Shown in pieces: positions 26,635 to 38,000 of a stretch of DNA of 64,000 bases; the first letter of the stretch is position 1; every line of letters starts with the position of its first letter. Location: assembly GCA_000002445.1 (NCBI GenBank), contig CM000207.1, forward strand, positions 2,496,001 through 2,560,000, written 5' to 3'. The notes beneath the pieces were generated by a model. The model had not been told where the DNA came from and ran no database searches. It saw nothing but the letters and a program-made list of their open reading frames with translations. This DNA is from Trypanosoma brucei. Lineage: Eukaryota. The position numbers and the translations under genes are program-made.

Positions 26635-26745
26635 ATTTTACGTATATCTTTAGGAATATAGTAATGATAATCACAGAGGGTTGTGTTGTGAATGTGTGTA
26701 TATACGAATATTATTATAAGAGTTGTTGTGAAAACTGGATTTGTG
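26635..26745 (+). repeat. 70-bp repeat block
   Basis: tagtaatgataatcacagagggttgtgttgtgaatgtgtgtatatacgaatattattataagagttgttgtg. Confidence 0.7.
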
Positions 26746-27983
26746 GTCAAAATAGTAGCGCTTCAAACAATTAAAAGGCTGCAATAGGGGTAAAGAAGTG
26801 TGAGCAAAGTATGAAGAATATTGTTCAATAAAACAAAGAGAGATATGAAAGAAGATGTAATTTTAACTGTTTCAAACATAAACATGACCATCGGCATCAT
26901 GTAAAAAAGAAATGAAGGAATATAACGTGCAAGCTAAATTGAATGGATTTAACTAACATAACGAAGCGGTAATAGTTGAGAATGACCAAATAAATCATTT
27001 CTAATATGCTTCTAAGAACTCTTCGATAGATGCATTTTTCCTAAAGAAACTTTCATGGATAAACAGCAACATAACAAAGGGAAAGAAGCTTATAAAGTGC
27101 ATATAATTAGTCTATAATTTTTTCTCTAATCAGAACTAACCACGCTTACCAAACAATACCTGAGAAAACAGCTGTTAACTTCATGAAATAATCTGCAAAG
27201 AGCGAAAAACACCACCAAATATAGAAAACCTAACGCAAAGTAGAATAATTAAGCAAAAAGGAAAGGAATTGACGTAATAAAGATATTATTGTATCATAAG
27301 ATAGTGTGGAAGTTCTGACATTTAGTGACCTCTATATTCAGGCTAATTTGAAAGGGTATTAGATAGAACCGAGCTTTTTGTTGTCTTCTAGATTCAAGTA
27401 TGTAAATGTGTCATCAATGAGCTGAAAAGACAGCTGTAGTAGTAGTAGTAGTGTAAAAGTGATGTGAGTTATAAGAGAGAAAAAAATACCGTCACAGAAG
27501 CCAGAAAAATACCACCATCTTGCAAAGAAAATTAACCGACATGGTGAAGCTTCGGTAGTATAGCAGTTACGATAGCTGCACAAGCAAAGGTGTAGCATGT
27601 ACCTTAAAAACATAATAAATGCAATGAAGAAGAAAAGTTCAATACCAAAATGTTACCTGGAAAGACACCTCTGTAATACATAATAAAGCCAGTTATGATT
27701 TTACACAACAGACAAACAGACACAACTGCCAGCAGCTAGATGCAGACGACAAGCGGCAGTGCACAGAAAGCGATCCTCAACTCGGTGCTGAGCACATAAA
27801 AGCCTGGCTAACAGCGGACGTACACGAAAAAGCTGACCAATCAGGCGCAATACAGTGTAAAAGACAGGCTTTCATCTGCTAATGCTACACTGCCTCCTGT
27901 TTCACAAGGTAACAAAACGATAGCACCCTCCAGAAAAACGAAACATCTCTTATAACACGCTAAAGAAAGTGCAATAACTACAC

Positions 27984-29402
27984 ATGCGGAAAGCCCGACG
28001 GCATTTTCTGGCTAAACTAGCGCTGGCGCTCGCATTCACAGCGACCACGGTCGGAGTGGACGGCGCCGCCAATGACAACGCCAAAGCATTCAACGCTCTC
28101 TGCACCATAATCCAGATAATGGGCGGGACACCCATGTTACCCCCAGCGCCGACTACTAGCGAAATAGATACCCTAATGACGGACGTAAGGCAACTAAATC
28201 TATCAGCATCAGAAGACACCCTATATGACTCCAACTTTGAACCACACACAGACGACGACAAAAAGCCTGAAGAGTATAAAACAAACAGGGAAGCATGGAA
28301 AACAGCAAAAAACTTAATCGAAAAGGGAGAAACGGAAATTGAAGGAGTGAAGCTAGCGCGGCCTGGCGCATCGCACGCACGCAAAGTCGCCAGCAATATC
28401 CTAAATCGGACGCTAAAGACAATCGCCGCCCTAAAAAACAAACTTAAAACAACAGTCACGGCAGCAGACATACGCAGCGACTTGGATAAAGCTTTGTTCG
28501 GAAAGACCGGGCAGCACAGCGCCAAGGCAGGTGACACCTACGCGGACTCGGGCGCCAACGGCTGCGGCGACACCAACCCAGCCGGAAAATCCCCAGGAAT
28601 GTCGCTTTATTCAGACTTGTTGTGTCTCTGCTCGGTATCAGGCGGCGCATCGGCCAGCTGCACAGGGAGCGCTCTGTCGGCAGTCACGTACGGCGACGGC
28701 ACACAAACCACACAAGCCGCAGGAACGACGATCGCAGCAAAATGCCCAAAAGCAGGGAAGGTTCAAGTAACGGCCGGGGAACTACGGCATGCCAAAAGCA
28801 TTTTCACAGTAGCTCTCAAGGCGGACAAAGTAGCCGCAGTGCAGGCCGCAAATATTCTGGGTAATCCCTCAGGAAAGCAATGTGATGGCGGAGCAAACGG
28901 CAATTGCGTTTACTACAAAGACACCAGGGCCGACGCCACCCTCGACATACAGTGGCTCACACACATAGACGATGCCATAGCGAAATTTGAAACGGCAGAT
29001 GCGGAGGCGGCAGTCAACAACAGAATCGCAGCGCAAGCAGCGGCGTTAAAAGGGACCGCTCTGGCAGCCTATCTACAAGCTTTAAAAGGCGATGCCAAAA
29101 AGCTGACAACGGCAACAGCGATACCAGTATTAAGCAGCACGACACCGAGCACAAGCGACTGCAACAAACACCGATCAAAAGACGACTGCAAAGACCCCTG
29201 CAAATGGAACGAGAATGCCACTGAAAAAACTAAAAATTTCTCATTAGATCCCGTAAAATCGGCAGAACAACAAGCAAACCAAGCAGTGACAGGAGAGGGA
29301 AAGAAAGAAGAGGTGCAGGGGAAGCACGAAGGAAAGTGAAAATATGTTTGCAACTGGGATGATAACGCTTGCAAACATTTTAGTTTCCTCTTCAATAATT
29401 AA
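27984..29402 (+). pseudogene. VSG: VSG with a complete 451-aa N-terminal/C-domain ORF but a decayed tail: in-frame TGA at 29337-29339 and no hydrophobic GPI signal
   Basis: ATG 27984 gives MRKARRHFLAKLALALAFTATTVGVDGAANDNAKAFNALC... The C-domain reads CNKHRSKDDCKDPCKWNENATEKTKNFSLDPV. After the stop the frame continues KYVCNWDDNACKHFSFLFNN-stop. A perfect 16-mer TGATATATTTTAACAC lies at 29528-29543. Confidence 0.75.
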
Positions 29403-29527
29403 ATGACTATGATGATTATTGATTTTATGAGTTTTGTAGAATTTTAGTGTACCAAAAAACTTTGCTCCATTTTGTAAACATTATGAAATTTTCTATTTTG
29501 AGAGGGTTTTTAAAATTTAAATAATTT

Positions 29528-29543
29528 GATATATTTTAACACT
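29528..29543 (+). promoter_or_regulatory. VSG 3'UTR 16-mer (perfect consensus)
   Basis: TGATATATTTTAACAC. Confidence 0.7.
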
Positions 29544-29694
29544 TTTTGATTTAAAAATTGAAAATTATTAACTTTTTGAGATTTAAAAGATATGATAAAA
29601 ATACAATTTTGGTGTAATATCACCCCATGGGTATAAAGTTGTAAGGCGATATGGCGCCAAAACTGATTGTTATGCTGACTTTGTTTATTTTGCT

Positions 29695-29800
29695 TATTTT
29701 CTGAGTAATAGTTAGAGTTATAATAGTATTAGGAAGATAATAATAATAATTATATAAGTGTAAGTGAGTGTATCTATAATAATATAGTAGGTGTGGTTGT
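29695..29800 (+). repeat. 70-bp repeat block
   Basis: aataataataattatataagtgtaagtgagtgtatctataataatatagtaggtgtggttgtg. Confidence 0.65.
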
Positions 29801-31595
29801 GAAAATAAAATGGATCACCTAAGTAAAATCAATTAAAACAATGGCAAGGTGCGATAGAAATAAGTAAGTGAAAGAGGAAGAGAAATATTATCAAGTTAAA
29901 TGCATAAAGTTAGATGGAAAAGGACAAAAAAAAGAAAAAGAGAAGTATTATGCCTAGTTTCTGAAGCAGCTATGAGGGTGGTAATTGCTAATAAGAAGAA
30001 GATGGATAGATCAATCAGTGAGAAAGCAGAGTCTAATGTACAGGCAAATCAATCCGCTATAACATATGAAGAAATAGTAATTGAAGATGAAACATAAGTC
30101 CCAAAAATACAAAAAAGAATGGAGGAGTGCGAAAAAAATACGGCAGAGCGAAGAGCTATAAAAGGACTATAGATCTCTACATTGTACTCACAAATCGATA
30201 GATTCTACTTCAGAGATGGTGGCCCTGTAGTTTTTTATTTAATAGCAAATGCTAATTTATGGCTCTGACAGAGAAGATAAGGAAGGGGGTATTGAATAGG
30301 TGTAAGGAAAATATCTTAGTTTTCTCGTCAAATGTAATACTAATAGCAAACATTTGTGTTTAGTAATATAATATTACGGGGGAAAAATTAAAACTATGAC
30401 TACCAATGCATTACCATGAATAGAATAATGAAAACACTTGAACTGCTAAAAATAGCGCATGTATAAACTGTTATGGAGCCTTTATGAAGTAGAGAAAAAC
30501 AATGCCACTATTTTTCAAGTTATGTATTTGCATACTGGAGAGATATTAAGAGTTTGAAAGAAACTAGGGCACACCTCCAAAAGTTCTCTGATATTCAGGT
30601 AAAAAAGTGGATTGATAAGACTAAAGTTGTCAAAAAACACTTTACGAACTCAAACTGAAGGGTCTTATGTGGTTCTGACTATATTAAACAACGAGATCTA
30701 AAATAAACAGAAACCAAACCGTGTTCGTCAAAAAATGCCGTTACTTTTATATTCCAGCAGCTGTAAAAGCAAATGAAACTGTAGAAAGCAGAATCCGTTA
30801 AAAACCGTAGAGGAAGATATTAAAGACAAAGAGTATTAAATTATTTTAACCGACAAACGACTTGTATTCCGGAGAATAGATGACAATTTATATATGAGAG
30901 ATGAGAAAAGTTTAGAATCTTTTTAATTATGGTTACATGGAGTTTGGATTACAAGTCATGACACAACTTGAAAAAAATTGATCATACACTAAAAAGGTGT
31001 GATACGTTAAAAGGAGTCGAGCAACGTTCTCACCAACAAAAGCAAGACCATATATACCCAATAATGATAAGAAACAAAAAAATCTATGAACAGCAGCTAG
31101 CTTCGAGATTAGCTCAAACCATAGGGCTTGTACTCCACAAACAAAAGAAAATAAGAACACCAATGCAGCTGACAGGAAAGCAAGGCCGCTTTCGTCAGCG
31201 ATGGGTGAAGTATGCAGCTGAATTAGTTGCCAAACCAGTACTGATACAGTGGTAACTATAAAAAAATTCCAGTTGTGATGTGAGCTGAAGCTGTGTGAAA
31301 TTAAGTGGAATTGTCATAAAGGAAATAGTGAGGATAGAAAGGGTTGATAAATAGAGAGTCAAATGGTTGAATATTGCAACGTAGGTAAGTTTAGAGAGCT
31401 ACTAGAAGTTTCTCGAAAAGTGGTGAATGGTGCTAACGAATATTTAACCTAAACTTACCAGAAAATAATTTAACTTCAAACACTACTGCAGACAATACGA
31501 CTCCAAGGCAACAACTCTCACCTAAAACAGACTCAAGCAGCGACAGGAAACGCAACCAAATTCATCATTAAACACACTCTTAAAATGAGAGGAAG

Positions 31596-33275
31596 AATGC
31601 TGTATCGATTGGAGGGATACAGCTCAGACACTAAAAACAGACACTCGTTTAACTTCTTCTCTAAACTTTATCACAGCTATACAAACAAAGTACGACGAGC
31701 ACGGCAATACAGGCACAAAGACTTCTGTTAGCTTTAGATTTGATAGCTTTTCAGATTGAAGCAGCGAACAAAGACGCAGTAGACGCAACGAAGCTGGCAC
31801 AACTTTGCAAAAAAACTCTAGGGATGAGGAAAACTGCGGCGGAAGTCAAGTCTGACCTAGCAGCAGGAGATGCAAAGCTAGCTCAAACGGAACAGCTCAG
31901 GGACCAAATGACTATATATGGCTTGCTCGGGGAATCGAAAAAATCAAAGGAAATCGCGATGATAGCTGCACAAGCCACGAAAACCATCATTCATTCGTTT
32001 TACACGATGATGCAGCGGCAGGCAAGTGCAGGTATGGTAAAGGCGGCGACGACCGGCATACTCGGCGGGCAGATTATAGAGGCAATGAATTTGCTAGAAC
32101 AGCTGAGGGCAAGCACAGCGACAATCAATGGAGCGTGCTTAACTCAAACAGCGAGTGCAAAGGCGGACGCTCAACTTAGCCGTGAGCTAGCAGGCTGCAG
32201 CAGCACCGACATACCGACCTCAAGCGAACTAGACTCGACAAACAGATTCGATAGCACAGGTCTACAAGGGGCACTAGCATCCGGCAGCGCGACAGGAAAC
32301 GGTGGTTGCGACTTCACCAAATGCAATTTTATAGCACACCCACCATCAGACATAAAGTTTTTCGACGACCAAGAAATGGCAAACCAACTGAGCATAGTGG
32401 CCGGGCTGCTTTCAACGAGCTCTGGCGGTGCGACGTTTAACAACCCAGGAAGTTTAAAACACGATACGGCAGACTCACCAACGATGCCTGCAGTACTAAC
32501 AGCGATCAAAGCAGCCTACAACTACGAAGAAACAGCATTGAAAGAAACAGTTGGCCCCTTTAAGAACCTATATGCCATGCTAGCAGCCGAGGGGAGATTT
32601 TCCCACGTAAACTTCGCAATAAACGGCAGATTCAAAGCACCAGAAGCAGGATCATAACAACAGAACCTAAAACAGCAAATAACAGCAATACTCAGCACCG
32701 ATGCGGGCAAATTAAAAACCGAGTTCGTCGAAAAATTATTAGCGGAGGACTTAGACTTTCCACCGGAACTTCAACTAGAAGTAAAAAAGATAAACCAGAT
32801 ACCAACTGACAGGCTCCATGAAGTCGCAACATTTTTACTTCAGCGACGCGGTTCTCAGGTTCCAGAAGCAAAACCATGTTCAGACCACAATCCACTGCCA
32901 AACCTGCCAAATTCGAAAACAGACACAACTTGCGAAAAGAAAGGGGTAGATAACTGCAAACCCCCATGCAAATTGGTTGAAGATAAAGGTGGCAAAAAGA
33001 AGTGCACATGGGATAAGGATGAAGTACCGAAACATGCAGCAGGAAATCAAGCAGGAACAGGAGAGACAAGTGCCTGGGTAGATTGCAGTAAACGTGACAC
33101 ACTAGAGAAATGTAAGAAGGCCAAAAAAGGCCAAACCACCAAAGTTTGCGGATGTAAGGGAGAAAATAGTGACGGAACTAACAAATCCGGTTACAAATTC
33201 AGCTCTTCCAGTTTTCTTGTTAATAAGAAGTTTGCTCTGAGTAAGGCTACTTTGATGAGTTTCGTGGTATTCTAA
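31596..33275 (+). pseudogene. VSG: VSG pseudogene: degenerate 5' end, no clean signal peptide, intact 23-aa-class GPI signal
   Basis: ORF 31740-32657 (TTG-initiated in the track) is Ala/Thr/Ser-rich N-domain. The C-terminus reads CKPPCKLVEDKGGKKKCTWDKDE...KVCGCKGENSDGTNKSGYKFSSSSFLVNKKFALSKATLMSFVVF-stop. A 16-mer TGCAATATTTTAACAC lies at 33315-33330. Confidence 0.65.
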
Positions 33276-33439
33276 ATGTTTTCTATTTTATGTGTGAAGA
33301 GATTTGCTAAAATTTGCAATATTTTAACACTTTGTGATGAAACTCTGCAAATTAGTCAAATGTGTATGATGGTGGCCCATAGGTAAAACTTATTAGTAAC
33401 ACAGTGTTAAAAATAATTGATATTGTAAAATGTATTCTA

Positions 33440-33570
33440 GTTCAATTTATTTTGATTATATAATAATAATAATTATTATTATTATAACAAATAAAAATAA
33501 ATAGTAATAATAAGATGAAAGTGTTGTAAGTGTGGATATACGAATAGTATAATAAGAGTGGTGGTGAAGG
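33440..33570 (+). repeat. 70-bp repeat block
   Basis: ataataataattattattattataacaaataaaaataaatagtaataataagatgaaagtgttgtaagtgtggatatacgaatagtataataagagtggtggtg. Confidence 0.7.
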
Positions 33571-34599
33571 AATAATGGAGGTGTAAAAGAAGAGTACTTA
33601 AAATAATGGAAAGGGTGAAGTGGGTATAAGTGACTGAATGGAAGTGGATAAGAGGAAGTGGTACAGCTCGTAGGGGGAACATTATTAGAGGAGACACAGA
33701 GAAGAAAATATAATGTACACAGTGATAAACAGTAACATGGCGACGTGCTACATTTTACAAAGGAAAATGATGGAAGGAACAATAAGGGAGAAAGAGAATA
33801 TAGTCTGAAGGAAAAAACTAAGTCAGTGCATGATATGCAGAAGCAGCGAGAGAATACAAAAAAGAAAAGAATATGTAGAATGAGATAAGAGGCCCCGCGA
33901 CAACGAAGCTGAGCACAGGCAAAAAGATTGGAGAGGAGATTGCACCCTGTATTTCACTCAAAGATGCATCGATGTATTAGCTTTTATGGTGAAGACTGTG
34001 TTTTTTAAACAAATAGCGGATACTTATAACCAACAGTGAATAAAAAGCAGTGGAAGTAGAAGATGGAAGGGATTAAGTATGTGTGACGTAACGCCAAAGT
34101 TTTTTCTCATTAGATATAATAATTTTGGCCGACTTATGTGATAAACAATATAATATTATATGGAAGAAAAATTTGAAACGAGGACTATCATTGAATTGCC
34201 GTGGACACCAAATAAAGAATAAATGTGCTGAGACTTCTCGATGTAGCGCATACATCAATATTTAAAAGATATATATATATACATTACCGAAATTTCCAAA
34301 TTATACTCCTCCAACCACTTAGAGGCGCAAAGACAGCCCGTTAAAGCGATTTAAAGTATACATAGTTTATTTAAAAATACACACGGCCGCGGTATTGATA
34401 GGGAGAAACAAGTAAACTCAAAAAGAAAAAGTGTATTCAGGACCGCAATTACAGAATAACAGATAACGACCGACACTTAAGCTTTAATACAGTGGAAAAC
34501 GTCGAGCCCATGCGCACGACAAAGCGTATATGACATAACTTCATTATGGATGAATCTACAAAAGAGGAGTTGGGCACCATTAGCAGCATGTGGAGACCA

Positions 34600-34631
34600 C
34601 AAATAATAGATACATATAAATAAATAAATAA

Positions 34632-34667
<36 letters not shown>

Positions 34668-34692
34668 ATATATCGATATATATCATAAGTAA
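34600..34692. repeat. Compound microsatellite (AAAT)n(AT)n with CGATATATAT duplications
   Basis: aaataaataaataaataaatatatatatatatatatatatatatcgatatatatcgatatatat. Confidence 0.9.
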
Positions 34693-34811
34693 AAATGCAA
34701 ACTTGTTAAAGAATAATATTTAAATCATGCCACAACTGACTTCCTTTTTTTATTTTATACAATAACTTTATGATGTATTCAAGGTTTTCATTAGTATGAA
34801 AGTAATATCTT

Positions 34812-35912
34812 ATGAAGTATTTAGGGAGTATTTATGCAACAGTAGTTTTTTTAGTTTTTATTGTTATGGGGATTAATATACTTTTGTCACTATACAGCGT
34901 TTTTGGTGAAGGAGATTCTATTTCGCTTGAAATTGTTGTGAATGAGTATATGAGGTTCATGTCAACAGATTTAAGGACGATTTGGCAAACTGAAGATTAT
35001 TTGGTCGTTGCTTGAATACCTTCAACAGATGATGATGAGAGATTTAGAAGGAGGAATCTACAGAGAGAAACATGTTGGAGTTACCCTAAAGTGGAAAGAC
35101 GAGCAAATAATTTTGCTGGGAAATTGCTTATAGTATATGCCCTTTCCCCTCATACAAAAAACAATTGCGAGCTCAGAGAAATTGTTGAAGGAGAGGCAGA
35201 GTTAAATCAGGATGTTATTATTTTACTTGTATGCAATGTAAATCCAGGAACAAATAAAAAATTTGGAGATGCAGGTAATTGGGGATGGGAAGCAGAACTC
35301 ATGATTAGTAGAAAAACATATTTGTGGTTCAAATTCGAAGTTGAGACATTAAAGCCAACTAATCCTTATAAAATGAAAGCAGATGATGATATATTTATGA
35401 GGGCGCCATTGTATCTAAAATATCTGGAGGTGCTTCCAAGGGAGAAATTGAATATGGGAAGAGCAATGGGTCATGTTGACGACAGCATCTGGAGGATGAG
35501 ATGGCACGCCGTTGGGTATGCAAACACACTTTCAAGAGATGTCGTGGAAGAAATAGTTGGCTATTCAGGCCTTTGTAAACTATTATTCGAAAGAATCAGC
35601 TTTAGAAACTTTGAAAAATACATAGATTATGGCGCGCTTAACGAGGATATTATGGTTGGAGAAGTTATAAGGAATAAGTTGAAAATTGAAGGATTACTGA
35701 CAGTGGATATGCAAGATTGTCATTATGCGATGAATGTACAAAGGCCACTCGACCCATTTGTAGAAGACAATCCTAACCTTATTGTTTTACACCACATTGC
35801 CAACGATGAATACAGATGGCTCATGTTACACTGTCAAGCCCTAGCGCCACATAACCAGCAGCCACCATCAATATTTCAAATTACAGCGTTTTGGCATGAA
35901 TTTACATGCTAG
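34812..35912 (+). pseudogene. Beta-1,3-glycosyltransferase-family (trypanosome GT67-like, UDP-Gal/UDP-GlcNAc-dependent) gene with a single in-frame TGA at 35013-35015
   Basis: ATG 34812 gives MKYLGSIYATVVFLVFIVMGINILLSLY, a type II signal-anchor. The same frame continues after the TGA through ...DDDERFRRRNLQRETCW (R-R-x-x-x-R-x-T-W-like beta3GT motif) into ORF 35091-35912, which carries the DxD signature KADDDIFMRAPLYLKYL. Confidence 0.6.
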
Positions 35913-36075
35913 CTTCTAAAATTCAGCACAAGCGCAGCAGTTTGAGGTCAAACAAGTCCCAACTCAGTGAAACTCGTTTGCAGTGCGTAATTTTTTTACC
36001 TCTCCAAGTAACCCGACAGTCAAGCAAAAAGAACTCTAGAGTCAAAGGCCACAACATCTGACAGGCGACGATACC

Positions 36076-37620
36076 ATGCGCCTGATATCTTTGGAAGTGG
36101 CTGCATTTATTGTACTACGCTCCACAAAACCTGCCAATATAGCCGACGCAGCAAATAAGGCGGAGCATGCAGCGCTGTGCAATTTTATTTCGATGGCTGG
36201 GAGAGTCATAGCGGTACCAACGGTCCAGCCACTAGACACCGAAAACTACGCCTATATTCAGCAATTAAACTTCGCGCTCGGCGACCAGCAATGGCAAGAA
36301 AAGTTCTACAAAAATTCCGACAGGAAAGGAGTCAAAGATACAGCAGCCGAGGCCGGCATAACAGGTGAGGGAGCAGCCGACATGTGGGCAGACCTAAAAA
36401 AAGCGGCGGAAGCCTTGAAAAGTGATAGCCAAAATCCACTACTCAAGGAATTAGAGGAAATGAAGCTAACAGCAGCGGCCAGGCGACTGGCAAAGGCCGA
36501 GCTGGAGAGTCTGACAAATGAGTCAAGGGAGATAAAAAAGATGTATCCGGATCCACCCAAAAATGTCGACTACGAAAATAACAATCCCAAAAGCAAATTA
36601 CTAGCAGCATTACTGGGCGCAGGCAACGCAGACGTAGGGACAGCGACAGGTCAAAAGGCAGTCGGGGCAGCAGCAACTGCAACACGTCAAGCCACCTGTA
36701 CAGCAGGCGAAAAAACAACGGCGAGGCCTGCAAGTGCTTTGGCAATGTTAGCTTGCGTATGTCAAAGCTCGGGCACGGCAGTGACAAACTTTATTTGCAC
36801 AGAGAAAGCCAAGGATTCAAATGCATGGACGGGCAACGCATACCCACACGACACCGGGCTACGGCATATCGGCAAATCATGCCCAAAAGCGAGAGACGAT
36901 CCAGTCACAACGACGGAGTTAGAAACGGCCCTAAACAATTTGCTAGCACTAATTCACACAGACGGAACGCACGAATACCTTGGAGCATACGTACAGACTG
37001 GCTGCGATGGCACCTCACCAAATGGCATCTGTGTGCAGTTTCCAGACCTAGCGACCAGCGCTCCTGAAGTCGCCACGAGAGACACATGGCTGGCGACCGT
37101 CGCGGAAATAATACAAAATCTAAAGATCCTTGAAAACAACCAGGCAAAGGCAGAATACGTAAACAACCAAATAAAAGACAAAAAACACCGAGCACTCGCA
37201 GCATTAAGGCGAAGCAAAGCTATTGCCGGGGCCATTCAAGTTCCAACACCACAAACCGCACAGAAACCAAAAATTGGCGTAAATACTCGATGCGAGGCAC
37301 ACAACAAGTCGAAAGCAGCATGCTTAGGAGCTAAATGTAAATGGGGAGGGCAAAAGGATGATGACGGCCCATGCAGTCCCAGCGAAGAACAAGCTGCAGA
37401 AGAGGAAAAAGAAACAGCTGGAGAAGCAGTAACAGGAACAGCAACAGAGAAATGCAAAGGGAAACTAGAACCCGAATGCACAAAGGCTCCTGAATTCAAA
37501 TGGGAAAATAGTGCTTGCAAAGATTCCATTTTTCTCGTCAATAAGAAATTTGCTCTGAGTATGGATGCTGCTTTTCTGAGTTTGGTAGTATTTAGGTATT
37601 TTATAATTCTAGCATTTTAA
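36076..37620 (+). CDS. VSG: Apparently intact VSG (514 aa): signal peptide, N-terminal domain, Cys-rich C-terminal domain and 23-aa-class GPI signal
   Basis: ATG 36076 gives MRLISLEVAAFIVLRSTKPANIADAANKAEHAALCNF... The ORF is uninterrupted and ends ...KCKWGGQKDDDGPCSP...CKGKLEPECTKAPEFKWENSACKDSIFLVNKKFALSMDAAFLSLVVF... A 16-mer-like TGATAATTCTTAACAC lies at 37694-37709. Confidence 0.85.
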   Translation: MRLISLEVAAFIVLRSTKPANIADAANKAEHAALCNFISMAGRVIAVPTVQPLDTENYAYIQQLNFALGDQQWQEKFYKNSDRKGVKDTAAEAGITGEGAADMWADLKKAAEALKSDSQNPLLKELEEMKLTAAARRLAKAELESLTNESREIKKMYPDPPKNVDYENNNPKSKLLAALLGAGNADVGTATGQKAVGAAATATRQATCTAGEKTTARPASALAMLACVCQSSGTAVTNFICTEKAKDSNAWTGNAYPHDTGLRHIGKSCPKARDDPVTTTELETALNNLLALIHTDGTHEYLGAYVQTGCDGTSPNGICVQFPDLATSAPEVATRDTWLATVAEIIQNLKILENNQAKAEYVNNQIKDKKHRALAALRRSKAIAGAIQVPTPQTAQKPKIGVNTRCEAHNKSKAACLGAKCKWGGQKDDDGPCSPSEEQAAEEEKETAGEAVTGTATEKCKGKLEPECTKAPEFKWENSACKDSIFLVNKKFALSMDAAFLSLVVFRYFIILAF

Positions 37621-37693
37621 ATATTTCTGCTCAATTTTCATAAAAATTATAAAATTGTTTTCATACAAAGAAATTTTTATATTTCATAAAATG

Positions 37694-37709
37694 TGATAAT
37701 TCTTAACAC
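37694..37709 (+). promoter_or_regulatory. VSG 3'UTR 16-mer variant
   Basis: TGATAATTCTTAACAC (two mismatches to the consensus). Confidence 0.5.
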
Positions 37710-37869
37710 TTTTTGATGAAAATTTAAACTCTTGAAAATTTGAAAAATATGAAAACCTTTTTCATTTAAGTGACATATGAGTTTAAAGTAGTATGGTGAC
37801 AGGATATGAAAAATGTGTGCTATTATAAAATTTTCTAATTTGTTTTTTTTCTGTTTTGTCAATAACGTT

Positions 37870-38000
37870 TAAGGATATATTAACAACGCTAATGCTGATG
37901 ATAACAATAATGATAGGAGAGTGTTGTGTGACTGTGTGTATACGAATATTATAATAATAATAGCAGTAATAGTAATGATAATGATGATAATAATGATAAT
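37870..38000 (+). repeat. 70-bp repeat block
   Basis: gataacaataatgataggagagtgttgtgtgactgtgtgtatacgaatattataataataatagcagtaatagtaatgataatgatgataataatgataatgacagc. Confidence 0.7.

Noticed and set aside
34600-34692. (AAAT)n(AT)n tract as a possible regulatory element for the downstream glycosyltransferase gene
   Set aside because: It is a simple microsatellite. Trypanosome genes lack individual Pol II promoters, so there is no basis for a regulatory call.
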